Position numbers and translations under genes: made by a program. A DNA stretch of 64,000 bases from Gammaproteobacteria bacterium. Its GTDB lineage: Bacteria > Pseudomonadota > Gammaproteobacteria > VBWC01. The notes under the pieces were generated by a model. The model was not told the origin of the DNA, made no database searches, and worked only from the letters and a program-made list of their open reading frames with translations. Positions 47,817 to 59,017 of this stretch are shown piece after piece; positions within the stretch are counted from its first letter, which is position 1, and each line of letters starts with the position of its first letter. The stretch covers positions 67,496 to 131,495 of the forward strand of contig JAHFRU010000006.1 of assembly GCA_023266115.1 (NCBI GenBank). The letters are read 5' to 3'.

Positions 47817-49097
47817 GTGAAAACGGTTGCAGTGATAGGGTTGGGATATGTCGGATTGCCGCTTGCTATTGCATTCGGCAAAAAGTTTTCGACCATCGGT
47901 TTTGACATCAATCCGGAAAGAATACGGAGATGTCGTCAGGGCGACGGGATTGACCTGGATATTACACCGGACGATTTCAAACAGGCGCGGCTGCTCGAAA
48001 TTACCGACGATCCGGCGGCGCTGAAACGGGCAGATTACGTGGTAATTGCGGTGCCGACGCCGGTTGATGGGGCGCATCGTCCCGATTTCGGCCCGTTGAT
48101 CTCGGCAAGTACGCTGGTCGGAAAGCACCTCAAGAAAAACGCCATCGTTATATATGAGTCGACAGTGTACCCGGGGGCTACCGAGGAGGTCTGCGTGCCG
48201 GTGCTGGAGAGTCAGTCCGGAATGAAATGGCGTGAAGGTTTCAACGTCGGTTATTCTCCGGAGCGAATTAATCCGGGCGATAAGATACATACGCTGGAAA
48301 ATATCGTCAAGGTAGTTTCGGGCGATTGCGCAGCGACTCTTGATAAAGTCGCCGAATTGTATGCGAGCGTTATTACGGCGGGTGTTTGCCGAGCTTCAAG
48401 CATCAAGGCAGCCGAGGCGGCAAAAGTTATCGAAAATACGCAGCGTGACCTGAATATCGCGTTGATGAACGAGTTGGCCATGGTTTTTAACATTATGGGA
48501 ATCGATACCGTCGAGGTGCTGGAAGCGGCTGGCACGAAGTGGAATTTTCTGCCGTTCCGGCCGGGCCTCGTTGGCGGACATTGCATAGGCGTTGATCCAT
48601 ACTACCTGACACACAAGGCCGAAACGCTCGGATACCATCCGCAGGTGATACTCGCAGGTAGGCGTATCAATGACGGGATGGGCAAGTTCGTCGCCGAGCA
48701 GACCGTAAAGAAGTTGATCGCCAGTGGCAGCGCCATTCGCGGGGCCAGGGTCAGTGTGCTTGGCTTGAGTTTCAAGGAAAATTGCAATGATTTGCGCAAT
48801 ACGCGCGTCATCGATGTGATCAATGAGCTGCGTTCCTATGGCATCGACGTGTCGGTGCATGATCCAGTTGTCGATAGCGGCCATGCTCGCCATGAGTACG
48901 GTATCGACCTTGTGTCGTGGGATGATCTGCCCGTGGCCGATGCGATGGTGGTGGCAGTTGCGCATGACGCATTTACCGCCACGGACGTATCCGCTTATGC
49001 AGGCAAAATCGTCTCCGGGGGCGTTTTCGTCGACGTCAAGTCGGCTTTTGATCGGGGCGCATTGGAGAATGCTGGCCTCGAAGTGTGGAGGCTGTGA
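47817..49097 (+). CDS. Nucleotide-sugar dehydrogenase of the UDP-N-acetyl-hexosamine 6-dehydrogenase type (TviB/WbpO-like)
   Basis: A GTG start follows GGAGGA. The sequence [17 protein letters not shown] is present, and the catalytic Cys lies in [12 protein letters not shown]. At 426 aa it groups with the UDP-GlcNAc/GalNAc dehydrogenases rather than Ugd. Confidence 0.8.
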   Translation: MKTVAVIGLGYVGLPLAIAFGKKFSTIGFDINPERIRRCRQGDGIDLDITPDDFKQARLLEITDDPAALKRADYVVIAVPTPVDGAHRPDFGPLISASTLVGKHLKKNAIVIYESTVYPGATEEVCVPVLESQSGMKWREGFNVGYSPERINPGDKIHTLENIVKVVSGDCAATLDKVAELYASVITAGVCRASSIKAAEAAKVIENTQRDLNIALMNELAMVFNIMGIDTVEVLEAAGTKWNFLPFRPGLVGGHCIGVDPYYLTHKAETLGYHPQVILAGRRINDGMGKFVAEQTVKKLIASGSAIRGARVSVLGLSFKENCNDLRNTRVIDVINELRSYGIDVSVHDPVVDSGHARHEYGIDLVSWDDLPVADAMVVAVAHDAFTATDVSAYAGKIVSGGVFVDVKSAFDRGALENAGLEVWRL

Positions 49098-50122
49098 TGC
49101 CACGTAAAGTATTGGTTACCGGCGCTGCCGGATTCATCGGGTCGACGCTCTCGCTCAGACTTCTTGCCCACGGCGATCACGTCCATGGAATCGACAACCT
49201 GAACGACTATTACGATGTATCGCTGAAGGAGGCACGTCTGGCGCGGTGTGTTGCATCCGGGAATTTCACGTTCGACAAGCTCGATATTGCGGATCGCGCC
49301 GCGATGGCCGCGTTGTTTGGCAAGCATCGGTTTGATGTGGTCGTTAACCTGGCCGCGCAGGCTGGAGTCCGCTATTCGATTGAGAATCCGCACGCCTATA
49401 TTGACGCCAATCTGGTCGGGTTCGGCAATATCCTGGAGGGCTGCCGGCATTCGAAGGTCAAGCATCTGGTGTATGCCTCCACCAGCTCGGTCTATGGCGC
49501 CAATACCAAGTTGCCGTTCTCGGAGCACGACAACGTGGATCATCCGGTGTCACTTTACGCCGCGACGAAGAAAGCCAATGAGTTGATGGCGCACAGCTAC
49601 GCCCATCTGTACAAACTACCGGTGACGGGGCTGCGTTTCTTTACCGTATACGGTCCATGGGGCAGGCCCGACATGGCGCTGTTCAAGTTTACCAAGGGGA
49701 TTCTCGCCGACGAGCCAATCCCGGTGTTCAACAGAGGCGAGATGACGCGTGATTTTACCTATATTGACGACATCGTCGACGGAATAGCCCGGGTAATGGA
49801 CAAGGCGCCGGTTTCTGACAAGGCCTGGTCCGGCAACCACCCTGACCCGGCGACGAGCTATGCGCCGTATCGGGTATTCAATATCGGCAACAATCAACCG
49901 GAAAAGCTGATGAGGTATATCGAGGTTCTCGAGGCCGCGTTGGGCAGGAAGGCGAAACTCGATCTTTTGCCGATGCAGTTGGGAGATGTGCCGGCGACCA
50001 TGGCGGATACAACGGAACTGGAGCGTGCGGTTGGCTACAAGCCAGCGACGACGATCGAGGTAGGCGTCCGGAAATTTGTCGAGTGGTATCGGGGGTACTA
50101 CACTGGGTCGGCGCGCCGGTAA
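49097..50122 (+). CDS. NAD-dependent nucleotide-sugar 4-epimerase (extended SDR; UDP-glucuronate/UDP-HexNAcA 4-epimerase-like)
   Basis: The sequence [12 protein letters not shown]...YAATK...(YxxxK) is present. Its pairing with the upstream dehydrogenase is typical of the WbpO/WbpP or TviB/TviC pair. Start Met-5 overlaps the upstream stop. Confidence 0.8.
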   Translation: MPRKVLVTGAAGFIGSTLSLRLLAHGDHVHGIDNLNDYYDVSLKEARLARCVASGNFTFDKLDIADRAAMAALFGKHRFDVVVNLAAQAGVRYSIENPHAYIDANLVGFGNILEGCRHSKVKHLVYASTSSVYGANTKLPFSEHDNVDHPVSLYAATKKANELMAHSYAHLYKLPVTGLRFFTVYGPWGRPDMALFKFTKGILADEPIPVFNRGEMTRDFTYIDDIVDGIARVMDKAPVSDKAWSGNHPDPATSYAPYRVFNIGNNQPEKLMRYIEVLEAALGRKAKLDLLPMQLGDVPATMADTTELERAVGYKPATTIEVGVRKFVEWYRGYYTGSARR

Positions 50123-50193
50123 GCAGGTTGCTATGACGACAGGGAATGCCGGATTTTGAGACGTGTAACGGAACAGCAGGGAACGGGGCGGTA

Positions 50194-51300
50194 ATGTCGG
50201 AGCGGATTGCGGGTCGTAAGGTGGCGCTGATAACCGGCGTGACAGGGCAGGATGGCGCGTATCTAGCCGAGTTTCTCTTGCAAAAAAATTATATTGTGCA
50301 CGGCATTAAACGCCGTTCGTCTTCTTTTAATACCGGTCGTATTGACCATCTTTACCAGGATCCGCACGTCCGTGACCGGCGGCTCGTGCTGCATTACGGT
50401 GACCTTGGCGACGCTACCAACCTGATCCGTATCATCCAGGAAGTCCAGCCGGACGAGATTTACAACCTGGCCGCGCAAAGCCATGTCGCGGTGTCGTTTG
50501 AAACCCCCGAGTACACCGCGAATTCCGACGCGCTGGGTACGCTGCGTCTGCTGGAGGCCATCCGGATTCTTGGTCTTGGCGGCAAGACACGGTTCTATCA
50601 GGCGTCGACCAGCGAAATGTTCGGCAAGGTTCAGGAAATTCCGCAAAAGGAAACGACGCCGTTTTATCCGCGCAGCCCATACGGCGCGGCGAAGGTATAT
50701 GCTTACTGGATTACGGTGAATTATCGCGAAGCGTACTGCATGTACGCGTGCAACGGCATCTTGTTTAATCATGAGTCGCCCATTCGTGGTGAAACGTTTG
50801 TCACACGCAAGATCACGCGTGCTGTGGCGAGGATGAAGCTGGAGCTCCAGGATAAACTGTATCTGGGAAATCTTGATGCGTTGCGGGACTGGGGCCATGC
50901 GCGTGACTACGTGGAGGCACAGTGGTTGATGCTGCAGCAGGAAGACGCGGATGATTACGTGATCGCAACCGGTCGACAGTGGTCAGTGCGTCAGTTTGTC
51001 GATGCGGCCTTTGCGGAAATTGGTGTTACGCTCGATTGGCAAGGCAAGGGAGTCGATGAAAGGGGGGTGGATTCCAGATCCGGGCGGATACTCGTTGAAG
51101 TAGATCCTCGATATTTCCGGCCTACCGAAGTCGATACATTGCTCGGTGACGCCAGCAAGGCCAAGGCAAAACTCGGGTGGTCGCCGACGACCTCGCTTGA
51201 GGAGATGGTCAGCGAGATGGTGCGTGAGGATTTAAAATCCGCCGAGAAGGATGATCTGTGCCGGCGCGAGGGCTTCCGCATCTTCGACAACATAGAATAA
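50194..51300 (+). CDS. gmd: GDP-mannose 4,6-dehydratase
   Basis: From internal Met-17 the protein begins [29 protein letters not shown] and aligns to E. coli Gmd [23 protein letters not shown]. Downstream motifs are near-identical. Confidence 0.93.
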   Translation: MSERIAGRKVALITGVTGQDGAYLAEFLLQKNYIVHGIKRRSSSFNTGRIDHLYQDPHVRDRRLVLHYGDLGDATNLIRIIQEVQPDEIYNLAAQSHVAVSFETPEYTANSDALGTLRLLEAIRILGLGGKTRFYQASTSEMFGKVQEIPQKETTPFYPRSPYGAAKVYAYWITVNYREAYCMYACNGILFNHESPIRGETFVTRKITRAVARMKLELQDKLYLGNLDALRDWGHARDYVEAQWLMLQQEDADDYVIATGRQWSVRQFVDAAFAEIGVTLDWQGKGVDERGVDSRSGRILVEVDPRYFRPTEVDTLLGDASKAKAKLGWSPTTSLEEMVSEMVREDLKSAEKDDLCRREGFRIFDNIE

Positions 51301-51308
51301 TCCCGTTG

Positions 51309-52250
51309 ATGGACAAACAAGCGAAGGTCTACGTTGCAGGTCATCGCGGCCTGGTTGGCTCCGCGCTTGTCCGCAAGTTGGAGGAGAGGGGCTTCGCGAA
51401 TATTGTGACAGCGACGAGCAAACAGCTCGACCTGCGTGACAACGCGGCGGTCGCCAATTTCTTCCGCAGCAATCGGCCGGATTATGTGTATGTGGCCGCG
51501 GCCAAGGTTGGCGGCATTCTCGCCAACGATACCTATCCGGCGGAGTTTCTTTACGACAACCTCATGATTGAGGCGAATCTGATACACGAAGCCTACCGCA
51601 GCGGTGTCGAAAAGCTGCTGTTTCTGGGTAGCACCTGTATCTATCCGAAACTCGCGCCACAACCGTTGAAAGAGGAATATCTGTTAACGGGTGCTCTGGA
51701 GCCGACAAACGAGTGGTACGCGGTGGCGAAGATTACCGGCATCAAACTATGCCAGGCCTATCGCCGGCAGTACGGTTGTCGTTTTATCGCGGCGATGCCG
51801 ACGAATCTGTATGGGCCGGGGGACAATTTCGATCTGAACCGTTCGCATGTACTGCCGGCGTTGATACGCAAGTTCCACGATGCCCGGCTGAGCGGTGCGC
51901 CCACTGTAACGGTTTGGGGCACCGGCAGTCCGCGTCGCGAATTTCTGCACAGCGATGATTGCGCCGATGCTTGCCTGTTTTTGATGGGGGAGTATGATAA
52001 CGAAGGCATCATTAATATCGGCGTCGGCAAGGACATTCCGATCAGGGAGCTGGCAATGCTTGTCGGCGAGGCGGTTGGATACAGGGGCGATATTGTGTTT
52101 GACACGTCGAAGCCGGACGGTACGCCACGAAAACTGGTGGATGTCGGCAAATTGACTGCGCTGGGCTGGACCGCGTCTATTCCGCTTGCTGATGGTATCC
52201 GGCAGGCATATCGGTGGTTTCTGCAGCATCCCCCGGGCGATGCATCATGA
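51309..52250 (+). CDS. fcl: GDP-L-fucose synthase (GDP-4-keto-6-deoxymannose 3,5-epimerase/4-reductase)
   Basis: From Met-18 the protein begins MDKQAKVYVAGHRGLVGSALVRKL, and STCIYPK and YAVAKI are present. It follows gmd. Confidence 0.92.
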   Translation: MDKQAKVYVAGHRGLVGSALVRKLEERGFANIVTATSKQLDLRDNAAVANFFRSNRPDYVYVAAAKVGGILANDTYPAEFLYDNLMIEANLIHEAYRSGVEKLLFLGSTCIYPKLAPQPLKEEYLLTGALEPTNEWYAVAKITGIKLCQAYRRQYGCRFIAAMPTNLYGPGDNFDLNRSHVLPALIRKFHDARLSGAPTVTVWGTGSPRREFLHSDDCADACLFLMGEYDNEGIINIGVGKDIPIRELAMLVGEAVGYRGDIVFDTSKPDGTPRKLVDVGKLTALGWTASIPLADGIRQAYRWFLQHPPGDAS

Positions 52251-54673
52251 TGTCGCGGGTTCGTGATCGCAAAATGACAGGCGCTCGTACCGCGGTACAA
52301 TTCATTTTGGTGTTGCTGGCGATATTGCTGGTTGCGGCTTGCACTAATGTCGACGAGCGGAAGCGCGAGCATCTGCACCTGGGCAAGTCGCTGTATGAAG
52401 CCGGCGATCTGGCAAAGGCGCACACCGAGTTTACGCAGTTGCTCGCGATTGACGGTGGGGTTGCGGAAGGTTATTACTACCTCGGGCTGATTGGGGAGAA
52501 GCAGCAGAACTGGCGCGAAGCATTTGCCAATTTTCGCAAGACTATCGAGCTCGATCCCGCGCATGCGGATGCCCAAATCCGGCTCGGCCGCCTCTACCTG
52601 CTCGGACGACAAGCGGAACAGGCATTGCGCGCTGCGGACAGCGTGCTGACGCGCGAGCCAGAGAATTCGCGCGCTCTGACATTAAAAGCGGCGGCGGTTT
52701 CCCATTTGGGTGACTGGTCCGAGGCGATGCGCCTGGCCGAGTCGGCGTACCGGCTGGATCCTGGCAATGAGGACACGATTTCGCTGCTGGCGTTGATATA
52801 TCAGCACGAAAGCCTGCCGGAAAAGGCGATAGGATTTCTGGAACAAGGCATCAAGAACCTGCCACGCAGCGTGCCGTTGCGTCTTCAGCTTGCAAACGCG
52901 TTCAGTGAACGTAACGAATATGATCGTGCTGAGGTGCTGTTTCAGGAACTCGTCGCGCTGGCGCCTGAACAGACCGCCTATCGGGCGCAGTTGGCCGAGT
53001 TTTATTCGAAGCTGGGCCATCTTGATCAAGCCGAGAAGGTCTTGTGGGATGCGATAAGCGCCGATCCTGATGATGAAAGTCGGCGGTTGTTACTGGCCGA
53101 GTTTCTGGTAGCGAAGCGTAGCGCGCAGGATGCGGAGAAGGAGCTGCTCGCGTTTCTGGATGAGGAACCCGGTGCGTTTTCCGTCCGATTTCGGCTGGCC
53201 AGGCTTTACGAATCCGCAAACGAACTTGATCGGGCGGAAAAGGCCTACCGCGACATCATCAAATTAAGCCGCAGCGGTCCGGACAATGCGCTGGCGAAAA
53301 ACAAGCTGGCGCTGATATTGATGGACAAGGGCCGCAAGCCGGAAGCGTTGCAGTTGATTACGGAAATACTCGACGAAAATCACAGTAACGTCGATGCGCT
53401 CGCCATCCGGGGCAGGATGGCGCTCGCTGATCGCGATGCGGCGGGCGCGATCCGGGATTTCGAGAACGTGTTGTCGGTGCAGCCGGACGCGGTAGCCGTT
53501 GTCGGCAATCTGGCGGACGCCTATGTCGCCAATAACGAGCCGGAAAAGGCCAATGACATATTGCGCAAGGCGATCGCGGTGCATCCTCGCGCCCTTGAAG
53601 CGCGTTACGCATTAATCAACATGTTGGTGGCTGCGCAGGATTTTGCAGCGGCGGATCAGGTCGCGAAGGAGCTGCTGGCGGTTTCGCCGGGTGACATCCA
53701 GGCGCTCAAGCTGGTCGTTGACCTGCAGATTGCGCGTAAGGACTGGGCGGCGGCGGCCGGTACTGCCGAGGTAATTACGCGTACTTATCCGGACCAGGCG
53801 GTCGGCTATTTCAAGCTCGGTGAAACCCTCGGCAAGCAAGGCAAGCTCGATGCGGCAATCAAGCAGTATGTGATCGCCGTCGAGAAGGCGCCCGAGGTGT
53901 TCGAAACAAACGCGGCGGTTGTTCGTGGTTATCTCGCGACGAACAGCCCGGCGCCCGCCATGCAGCATGTGCAGCGCTTTATCAAGGCGTATCCGGCCAG
54001 CGCGGGCGCCTACGATCTGCTCGGTGAGGTGTATCTCTACCAGAACAAGGAAAAAGAGGCGATTACGGCGTTTCGCAAGGCGATAAACCTGAATCCGAAG
54101 CAGCCGGAACCCTACAGAAATCTGACCAATCTCTACACGGTGCGCGGTGATCTGGATAGCGCGATCGCCGTTTACAAGGAGGCGCTCGCCATCGCACCTG
54201 GAAAATCCCAGTTGGCGATGTTGCTGGCCGGTGCGTATGAGAGTAACGGTCAGTTTGACGATGCCATGCAGACGTACGAGGGAATAGTCACGCGGAATCC
54301 GGCGCAGTCCGATGCGGCCAACCGGCTGGCGCGGCTGTTGACCGAGCGCCGCGGCGATCCTGCTGCATTGCGCAAGGCGCTGGATTACGCCAGGGGGTTT
54401 GAGGGTTCGACCAATCCCGAGTATCTGGACACGCTTGGCTGGATCCACTATCACCAGGGCGACGCTATCGCAGCGATCGCCAGGTTAAAGAACGCAGCGG
54501 AGCTGGCGCCACAGATTCCGTTGCTGCAATACCATCTGGGTATGGCATACGCGTTGAACCAGCAGAACGAAGAGGCGGTGGCCCACCTGCGGCGCGCCGT
54601 TGATGCCGGTCAGGAATTTACCGGTCTGGCGGTTGCCCGGGAGACACTGGAAAGGCTGGCCCCTGCTCAGTGA
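52247..54673 (+). CDS. Large TPR-repeat lipoprotein (PrsT-like, of the type found in PEP-CTERM/exosortase EPS loci)
   Basis: The lipobox LLVAAC follows a basic N-region. About 800 aa are made almost entirely of TPR-like repeats. The start is near 52247-52274. Confidence 0.7.
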   Translation: MMSRVRDRKMTGARTAVQFILVLLAILLVAACTNVDERKREHLHLGKSLYEAGDLAKAHTEFTQLLAIDGGVAEGYYYLGLIGEKQQNWREAFANFRKTIELDPAHADAQIRLGRLYLLGRQAEQALRAADSVLTREPENSRALTLKAAAVSHLGDWSEAMRLAESAYRLDPGNEDTISLLALIYQHESLPEKAIGFLEQGIKNLPRSVPLRLQLANAFSERNEYDRAEVLFQELVALAPEQTAYRAQLAEFYSKLGHLDQAEKVLWDAISADPDDESRRLLLAEFLVAKRSAQDAEKELLAFLDEEPGAFSVRFRLARLYESANELDRAEKAYRDIIKLSRSGPDNALAKNKLALILMDKGRKPEALQLITEILDENHSNVDALAIRGRMALADRDAAGAIRDFENVLSVQPDAVAVVGNLADAYVANNEPEKANDILRKAIAVHPRALEARYALINMLVAAQDFAAADQVAKELLAVSPGDIQALKLVVDLQIARKDWAAAAGTAEVITRTYPDQAVGYFKLGETLGKQGKLDAAIKQYVIAVEKAPEVFETNAAVVRGYLATNSPAPAMQHVQRFIKAYPASAGAYDLLGEVYLYQNKEKEAITAFRKAINLNPKQPEPYRNLTNLYTVRGDLDSAIAVYKEALAIAPGKSQLAMLLAGAYESNGQFDDAMQTYEGIVTRNPAQSDAANRLARLLTERRGDPAALRKALDYARGFEGSTNPEYLDTLGWIHYHQGDAIAAIARLKNAAELAPQIPLLQYHLGMAYALNQQNEEAVAHLRRAVDAGQEFTGLAVARETLERLAPAQ

Positions 54674-55935
54674 TCGGGTGATTCCTGCGCGACTTCTCGT
54701 GCGCTTTTCTCGACTGGTTCCAGCGGATCGAGGGGGCGATTGGCGTGGATGCCCATTTCCGTGAATTTGCGCGCTCCGGGAACCACCTGACGTTCGAATG
54801 AACCTACCGCCCGGTTGTAATGATCCAGGCTGCTGTTGAGTGTTTTTCCCAGCCGGCCCAGATGTTCGCTAAATGTAGCTAGCCGCTTGTACAGTTCCTC
54901 GCCGACATGGCGAATATGCTCGGCGTTATCAGCCAGCACCTGTTGCCGCCAGCCATAGGCGACCGCGCGCAGCAGCGCGACTAAACTGGTCGGTGTCGCC
55001 AGTATCACCTTCTGACGCAGCGCGTCCTCCAGCAGGCTGCGGTCATGGTCCAGCGCCGCGCTGAGAAACTGATCCCCTGGAATAAACAGCACGATGAAAT
55101 CCGGGCTCCGGGCAAACTGATCCCAGTAGGCCTTGTTGGCAAGTTCGCGTACCCGCTCACGAACGTTGCGCGCGTGTTTTTCAAGAAACCGGGTGCGGGT
55201 GTCGTCGTCAGTCGCTTCGACGGCGTTCAGGTACGCATCGAGCGGCGTTTTGACGTCGACAATAATCTCGCGCTCATCCGGCATCCGTACGATCATATCC
55301 GGGCGCATCGCGCCGTCGCCGGAGACCGTGTGCTCCTGCTCGAAGAAATCGCAGTGTTCGACCATGCCGGCGAGTTCGACCAGCCGCCGTAACGTCATTT
55401 CTCCCCATTGACCGCGCACCTCCGGGCGGCGCAGGGCCTGCACCAGATTGCGTGTTTCGCTATGCAGCAGCTGCTGGGTCTGGGCCATTGATTCCATGTG
55501 CCTGGTGAGCGATCCATAGGCCTCCTTGCGGGAATTCTCGAGTTCGTTTATCTGGCGCTCCGTTTTCTCGAGTGCTTCCCGGATCGGTTTGACGAATCCT
55601 TCGATCGCCTTCTCGCGCGTTTTCAGTTCACCTTGTGCCTGGGCATGAAAACCTTTGAGGTTTTCGTTAGCAAGCTTGAGAAATTCCTCAGTGTTGCTCT
55701 TGAGCGCCTGGTGCGACAACGCCGTAAACGTATCCGCCAGGGTTGCACGCGCGTTTTCCATCGCGGCGATCCGTTCGGCTGCTGCCCGACGCTCTGATTC
55801 AATCTCCGCGCCCAGAGCGGCGTTACGCTCCCGCAGTTGAGCGATGTCGCGATGGGCAGACAGACGCGCGATCAGCCAGCCGATGACCAGCGCGGCGATG
55901 GCGACCGTGATCAGGATGGGCAGCCCCGGGCTCAC
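54667..55935 (-). CDS. rmuC: DNA recombination protein RmuC
   Basis: The protein has an N-terminal TM helix, a long coiled coil and the C-terminal RmuC nuclease-like domain (...DFIVLFIPGDQFL...). Confidence 0.88.
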   Translation of the reverse strand: MSPGLPILITVAIAALVIGWLIARLSAHRDIAQLRERNAALGAEIESERRAAAERIAAMENARATLADTFTALSHQALKSNTEEFLKLANENLKGFHAQAQGELKTREKAIEGFVKPIREALEKTERQINELENSRKEAYGSLTRHMESMAQTQQLLHSETRNLVQALRRPEVRGQWGEMTLRRLVELAGMVEHCDFFEQEHTVSGDGAMRPDMIVRMPDEREIIVDVKTPLDAYLNAVEATDDDTRTRFLEKHARNVRERVRELANKAYWDQFARSPDFIVLFIPGDQFLSAALDHDRSLLEDALRQKVILATPTSLVALLRAVAYGWRQQVLADNAEHIRHVGEELYKRLATFSEHLGRLGKTLNSSLDHYNRAVGSFERQVVPGARKFTEMGIHANRPLDPLEPVEKSAREVAQESPDH

Positions 55936-55998
55936 CGCCGGTTACGCCTGCCGCGACAGCGCGTGGCAGCCCGGAGTGGTGAGGCGTTGGTTCGCGTC

Positions 55999-56688
55999 TT
56001 ACTCATTGCCGTGTGCCTTTATCCAGTCGAGGATTTCCAGCGGCTGTTTTACCATGCCGTCCGCCTGCCAGGTTTCCGGGTGGTCGTCATCACCAAGATA
56101 GCCGAACAGCGCGACCAGTGTCTTCATGCCGGCGCGCCGGCCGGCCTCGATGTCGCGCTCGGCGTCGCCGACGTAAAGGCAATGGCGTGCCTCGCTGCCG
56201 GCTTCGCGGCACGCATGCAGCATCGGTTCCGGATGCGGTTTGCGGTTGGTCGTGCTGTCGCCACTGACGATACTGGCCGCGCGGGCGCTAAGTCCCAGTG
56301 CCGCCATCAGCGGTTCCGTCAGCCAACGGGGTTTGTTGGTGACCACGCCCCAGTTGAGTCCTTGTACCTGCAACGCCGCCAATACCTCGTCGATGCCGGG
56401 AAACAACCGCGTGCGGTCGCCAATGTGCCGCCGGTAGGTTTGCAGAAACTGTTTGCGTAGTCCTTCGAATTCAGGGGTATCGGCTGGTATTTGAAAGCCA
56501 AGGCGCAGTAATGCGGTGCCGCCATGCGATACCACCGGACGGATCTGTTCGAATGGTAGCGGCGCGCGACCCTGTCCGGCGAGCGTCTGATTTAACGCGT
56601 GGGCGAGATCGGGGGCGGTATCCGCCAGCGTGCCGTCGAGATCGAAGAGCACGGTACGTATGCGGGTGGGTCCGTCAGGCGATCTCAT
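55999..56688 (-). CDS. gph: Phosphoglycolate phosphatase (HAD superfamily)
   Basis: HAD motif I is VLFDLDGTLADT and the C-terminal motif is YVGDAERDIEAGRRAG. It is adjacent to ubiG. Confidence 0.8.
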   Translation of the reverse strand: MRSPDGPTRIRTVLFDLDGTLADTAPDLAHALNQTLAGQGRAPLPFEQIRPVVSHGGTALLRLGFQIPADTPEFEGLRKQFLQTYRRHIGDRTRLFPGIDEVLAALQVQGLNWGVVTNKPRWLTEPLMAALGLSARAASIVSGDSTTNRKPHPEPMLHACREAGSEARHCLYVGDAERDIEAGRRAGMKTLVALFGYLGDDDHPETWQADGMVKQPLEILDWIKAHGNE

Positions 56689-56759
56689 GGAAGTAATAGG
56701 CCGTATTTTTAGATGCTTGTATTGTTATTGCAATCAATTCACTTAGACGGCAGAGTGGT

Positions 56760-57467
56760 TCAGGCCTTGCGAAAGCAGGCCAGGTAGTTGACGTCCACGT
56801 CGTTGTTCAACGAATACCGGCGCGTCAGCGGGTTGAATCCGATACCGCCGAGTGTCTCTAACGACAGGCCGGCTTGGCGAGACCACGCGCCGAGCTCGGA
56901 AGGCCGTACAAACCGCCGGTAATCGTGGGTGCCCTTGGGCAACATGTTCAACAAGTACTCCGCGCCGATAACCGCCAGCAGGTAGGCCTTGGGATTTCGA
57001 TTGATCGTCGAGAAGAATACGTGGCCGCCCGGGCGAACGAGCGCCGCGCAAGCCGCCACCAGTGATACCGGGTCCGGAACATGCTCCAGCAGCTCCATGC
57101 AGGTAACCACATCAAACGCCCCGGGTTGCCCGGCGGCGAATGATTCCGCCGTGGATTGCCGGTAGTCCACGGCGATACCATTCTCAGCCAGGTGCAGACG
57201 CGCGACGGACAACGACGCCCCGGCCATATCGATGCCGGTCACCTGCGCGCCGCGTTGGGCCAGTGCCTCGGACAGAATTCCTCCGCCACAGCCGACGTCA
57301 ACCACCCGGGTTCCGGAGAGATCGACATACCCGGCGATGAAGTGGAGCCGCAATGGATTGATGTCGTGGAGTGGTTTGCACTCACCGGCGGGGTCCCACC
57401 AGCGCGCCGCCAGTTTCTCGAACTTGGCAACTTCTCGCGGGTCGACATTTTCAGTAACGCTGGACAT
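56760..57467 (-). CDS. ubiG: Bifunctional 2-polyprenyl-6-hydroxyphenol methylase / 3-demethylubiquinol 3-O-methyltransferase
   Basis: The SAM motif [13 protein letters not shown] is present in a 235-aa protein. The N-terminus [18 protein letters not shown] is typical of UbiG. Confidence 0.92.
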   Translation of the reverse strand: MSSVTENVDPREVAKFEKLAARWWDPAGECKPLHDINPLRLHFIAGYVDLSGTRVVDVGCGGGILSEALAQRGAQVTGIDMAGASLSVARLHLAENGIAVDYRQSTAESFAAGQPGAFDVVTCMELLEHVPDPVSLVAACAALVRPGGHVFFSTINRNPKAYLLAVIGAEYLLNMLPKGTHDYRRFVRPSELGAWSRQAGLSLETLGGIGFNPLTRRYSLNNDVDVNYLACFRKA

Positions 57468-57538
57468 AGCCCGACATTATACGTCAACTCGTCGGGGACT
57501 ATCGGGGGCTGCGTGTTACGAGCTAAGTGTTTTCGACG

Positions 57539-58888
57539 CTAATGGGACGTGCGGCCGGGGAAACCGTTCGTTGCGGCAATGCGCTCTCGCCATTGCCGTG
57601 CCTTGGCGAGCACGGCCGCCGTATCTAGCGTCAGCAACTCACGGTTTTTCAGCAATTGCCTGCCGGCGACCCAGACATCGGTTACCTGTTGGCGGCTTGC
57701 GGCGTAGACGAGATGGGAGACCGGGTCATACAACGGCTGCGTTTCGATGTCATCCAGTCTGACCGCCGTAAAATCAGCCGCTTTCCCCGGCAGCAGCGAG
57801 CCGATCTTACTGTCCATTCCCATGGCCTTCGCGCCGCCGAGCGTCGCGATCTTCAGCGCCTGCATTGCCGGCAGTGCGCTGGCATCACCGGCGACTGCTT
57901 TGGCAATCAGGGCCGCCGTGCGCATTTCTCCAAACATATCCAGATCATTATTGCTGGCCGCGCCATCGGTGCCCAGGCCGATGTTGATTCCAGAACGCGC
58001 AACGTTCGCGACCGGGCAGAAGCCACTCGCCAGTTTCAGATTCGATTCCGGGCAGTGAACAATGTGCGCACCGCCGGCAGCGATCATCGCGATTTCGTCA
58101 TCGTTGAGTTGTGTCATGTGAACCGCCATCAGCCGCGGCGATAGCAGGCCGAGGCGGGCGAGACGTTGTAAAGGGCGCTCGTTATGCTGTGCGAGACTTT
58201 GACCGATCTCGTCCGCGGTTTCGTGTACGTGCATATGTATTGGAATGTCGAGTTCGTCCGCCAGCACCCGCACTTTCTCCAGCGGGCTATTGGAAACCGT
58301 GTAAGGCGCATGGGGCGCGAATGCGGTGCGTATCAACGGATCAGAACGGAACTGGTCATGTATCGCCAGCCCCTTGCTGATGTATTCATCGCTGCTCGCT
58401 GCCCACACAGTCGGGAAGTCGATGAGTATCAGGCCGACCATGGCACGCATACCGGCGTCAGCCGCGACGCGTGCGGTTTCATCGGCAAAAAAATACATGT
58501 CGTTGAAGCAGGTGGTACCCCCACGCAGCATTTCTGCAACGGCGAGTTCGGTGCCATCGCTGGCAAATTCCGCGCTGACCCAGGCCTGTTCGGCCGGCCA
58601 GATGTGTTTGTTCAGCCAGTCCATCAGAGGCAGATCGTCGGCGAGGCCGCGGAACAACGTCATGGCCGCGTGCGTGTGGGCGTTTACCAGGCCGGGAATA
58701 ATGGCGTGATCGGTCAGGCGCGCGGTCGTGTTCGCCTGATATCTTTGGTCAGCCTCGGCGGACGGCAAGACCGCGACAATGCGACCGCTGTGCACCACCA
58801 GCGCGTGATTTTCATATGTCACGCCTTCCGGTTCGACCGGGATGAGCCAGCGCGCATGAGCGATCAGATCGACAGTATTCATAGGCAA
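57539..58888 (-). CDS. mtaD: 5-methylthioadenosine/S-adenosylhomocysteine deaminase (TRZ/ATZ amidohydrolase family)
   Basis: The metal ligands HTH (...NAHTHAAM...) and ...HMHVHE... are present, with DGAASNN near the C-terminus. The mtaD-ubiG-gph order is as in Pseudomonas. Confidence 0.75.
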   Translation of the reverse strand: MPMNTVDLIAHARWLIPVEPEGVTYENHALVVHSGRIVAVLPSAEADQRYQANTTARLTDHAIIPGLVNAHTHAAMTLFRGLADDLPLMDWLNKHIWPAEQAWVSAEFASDGTELAVAEMLRGGTTCFNDMYFFADETARVAADAGMRAMVGLILIDFPTVWAASSDEYISKGLAIHDQFRSDPLIRTAFAPHAPYTVSNSPLEKVRVLADELDIPIHMHVHETADEIGQSLAQHNERPLQRLARLGLLSPRLMAVHMTQLNDDEIAMIAAGGAHIVHCPESNLKLASGFCPVANVARSGINIGLGTDGAASNNDLDMFGEMRTAALIAKAVAGDASALPAMQALKIATLGGAKAMGMDSKIGSLLPGKAADFTAVRLDDIETQPLYDPVSHLVYAASRQQVTDVWVAGRQLLKNRELLTLDTAAVLAKARQWRERIAATNGFPGRTSH

Positions 58889-59017
58889 GAATTTTTCCGC
58901 AGGCAGTATAACCCGAACGGAGAAATTTTCGCCAAGACCGCGAAGTACCAGGCGATCGGCACGGAGAGTGGTGTGCGGTGCTAACCAGGCAGCGGCGCGG
59001 GACTGGCGCCGCGATTC

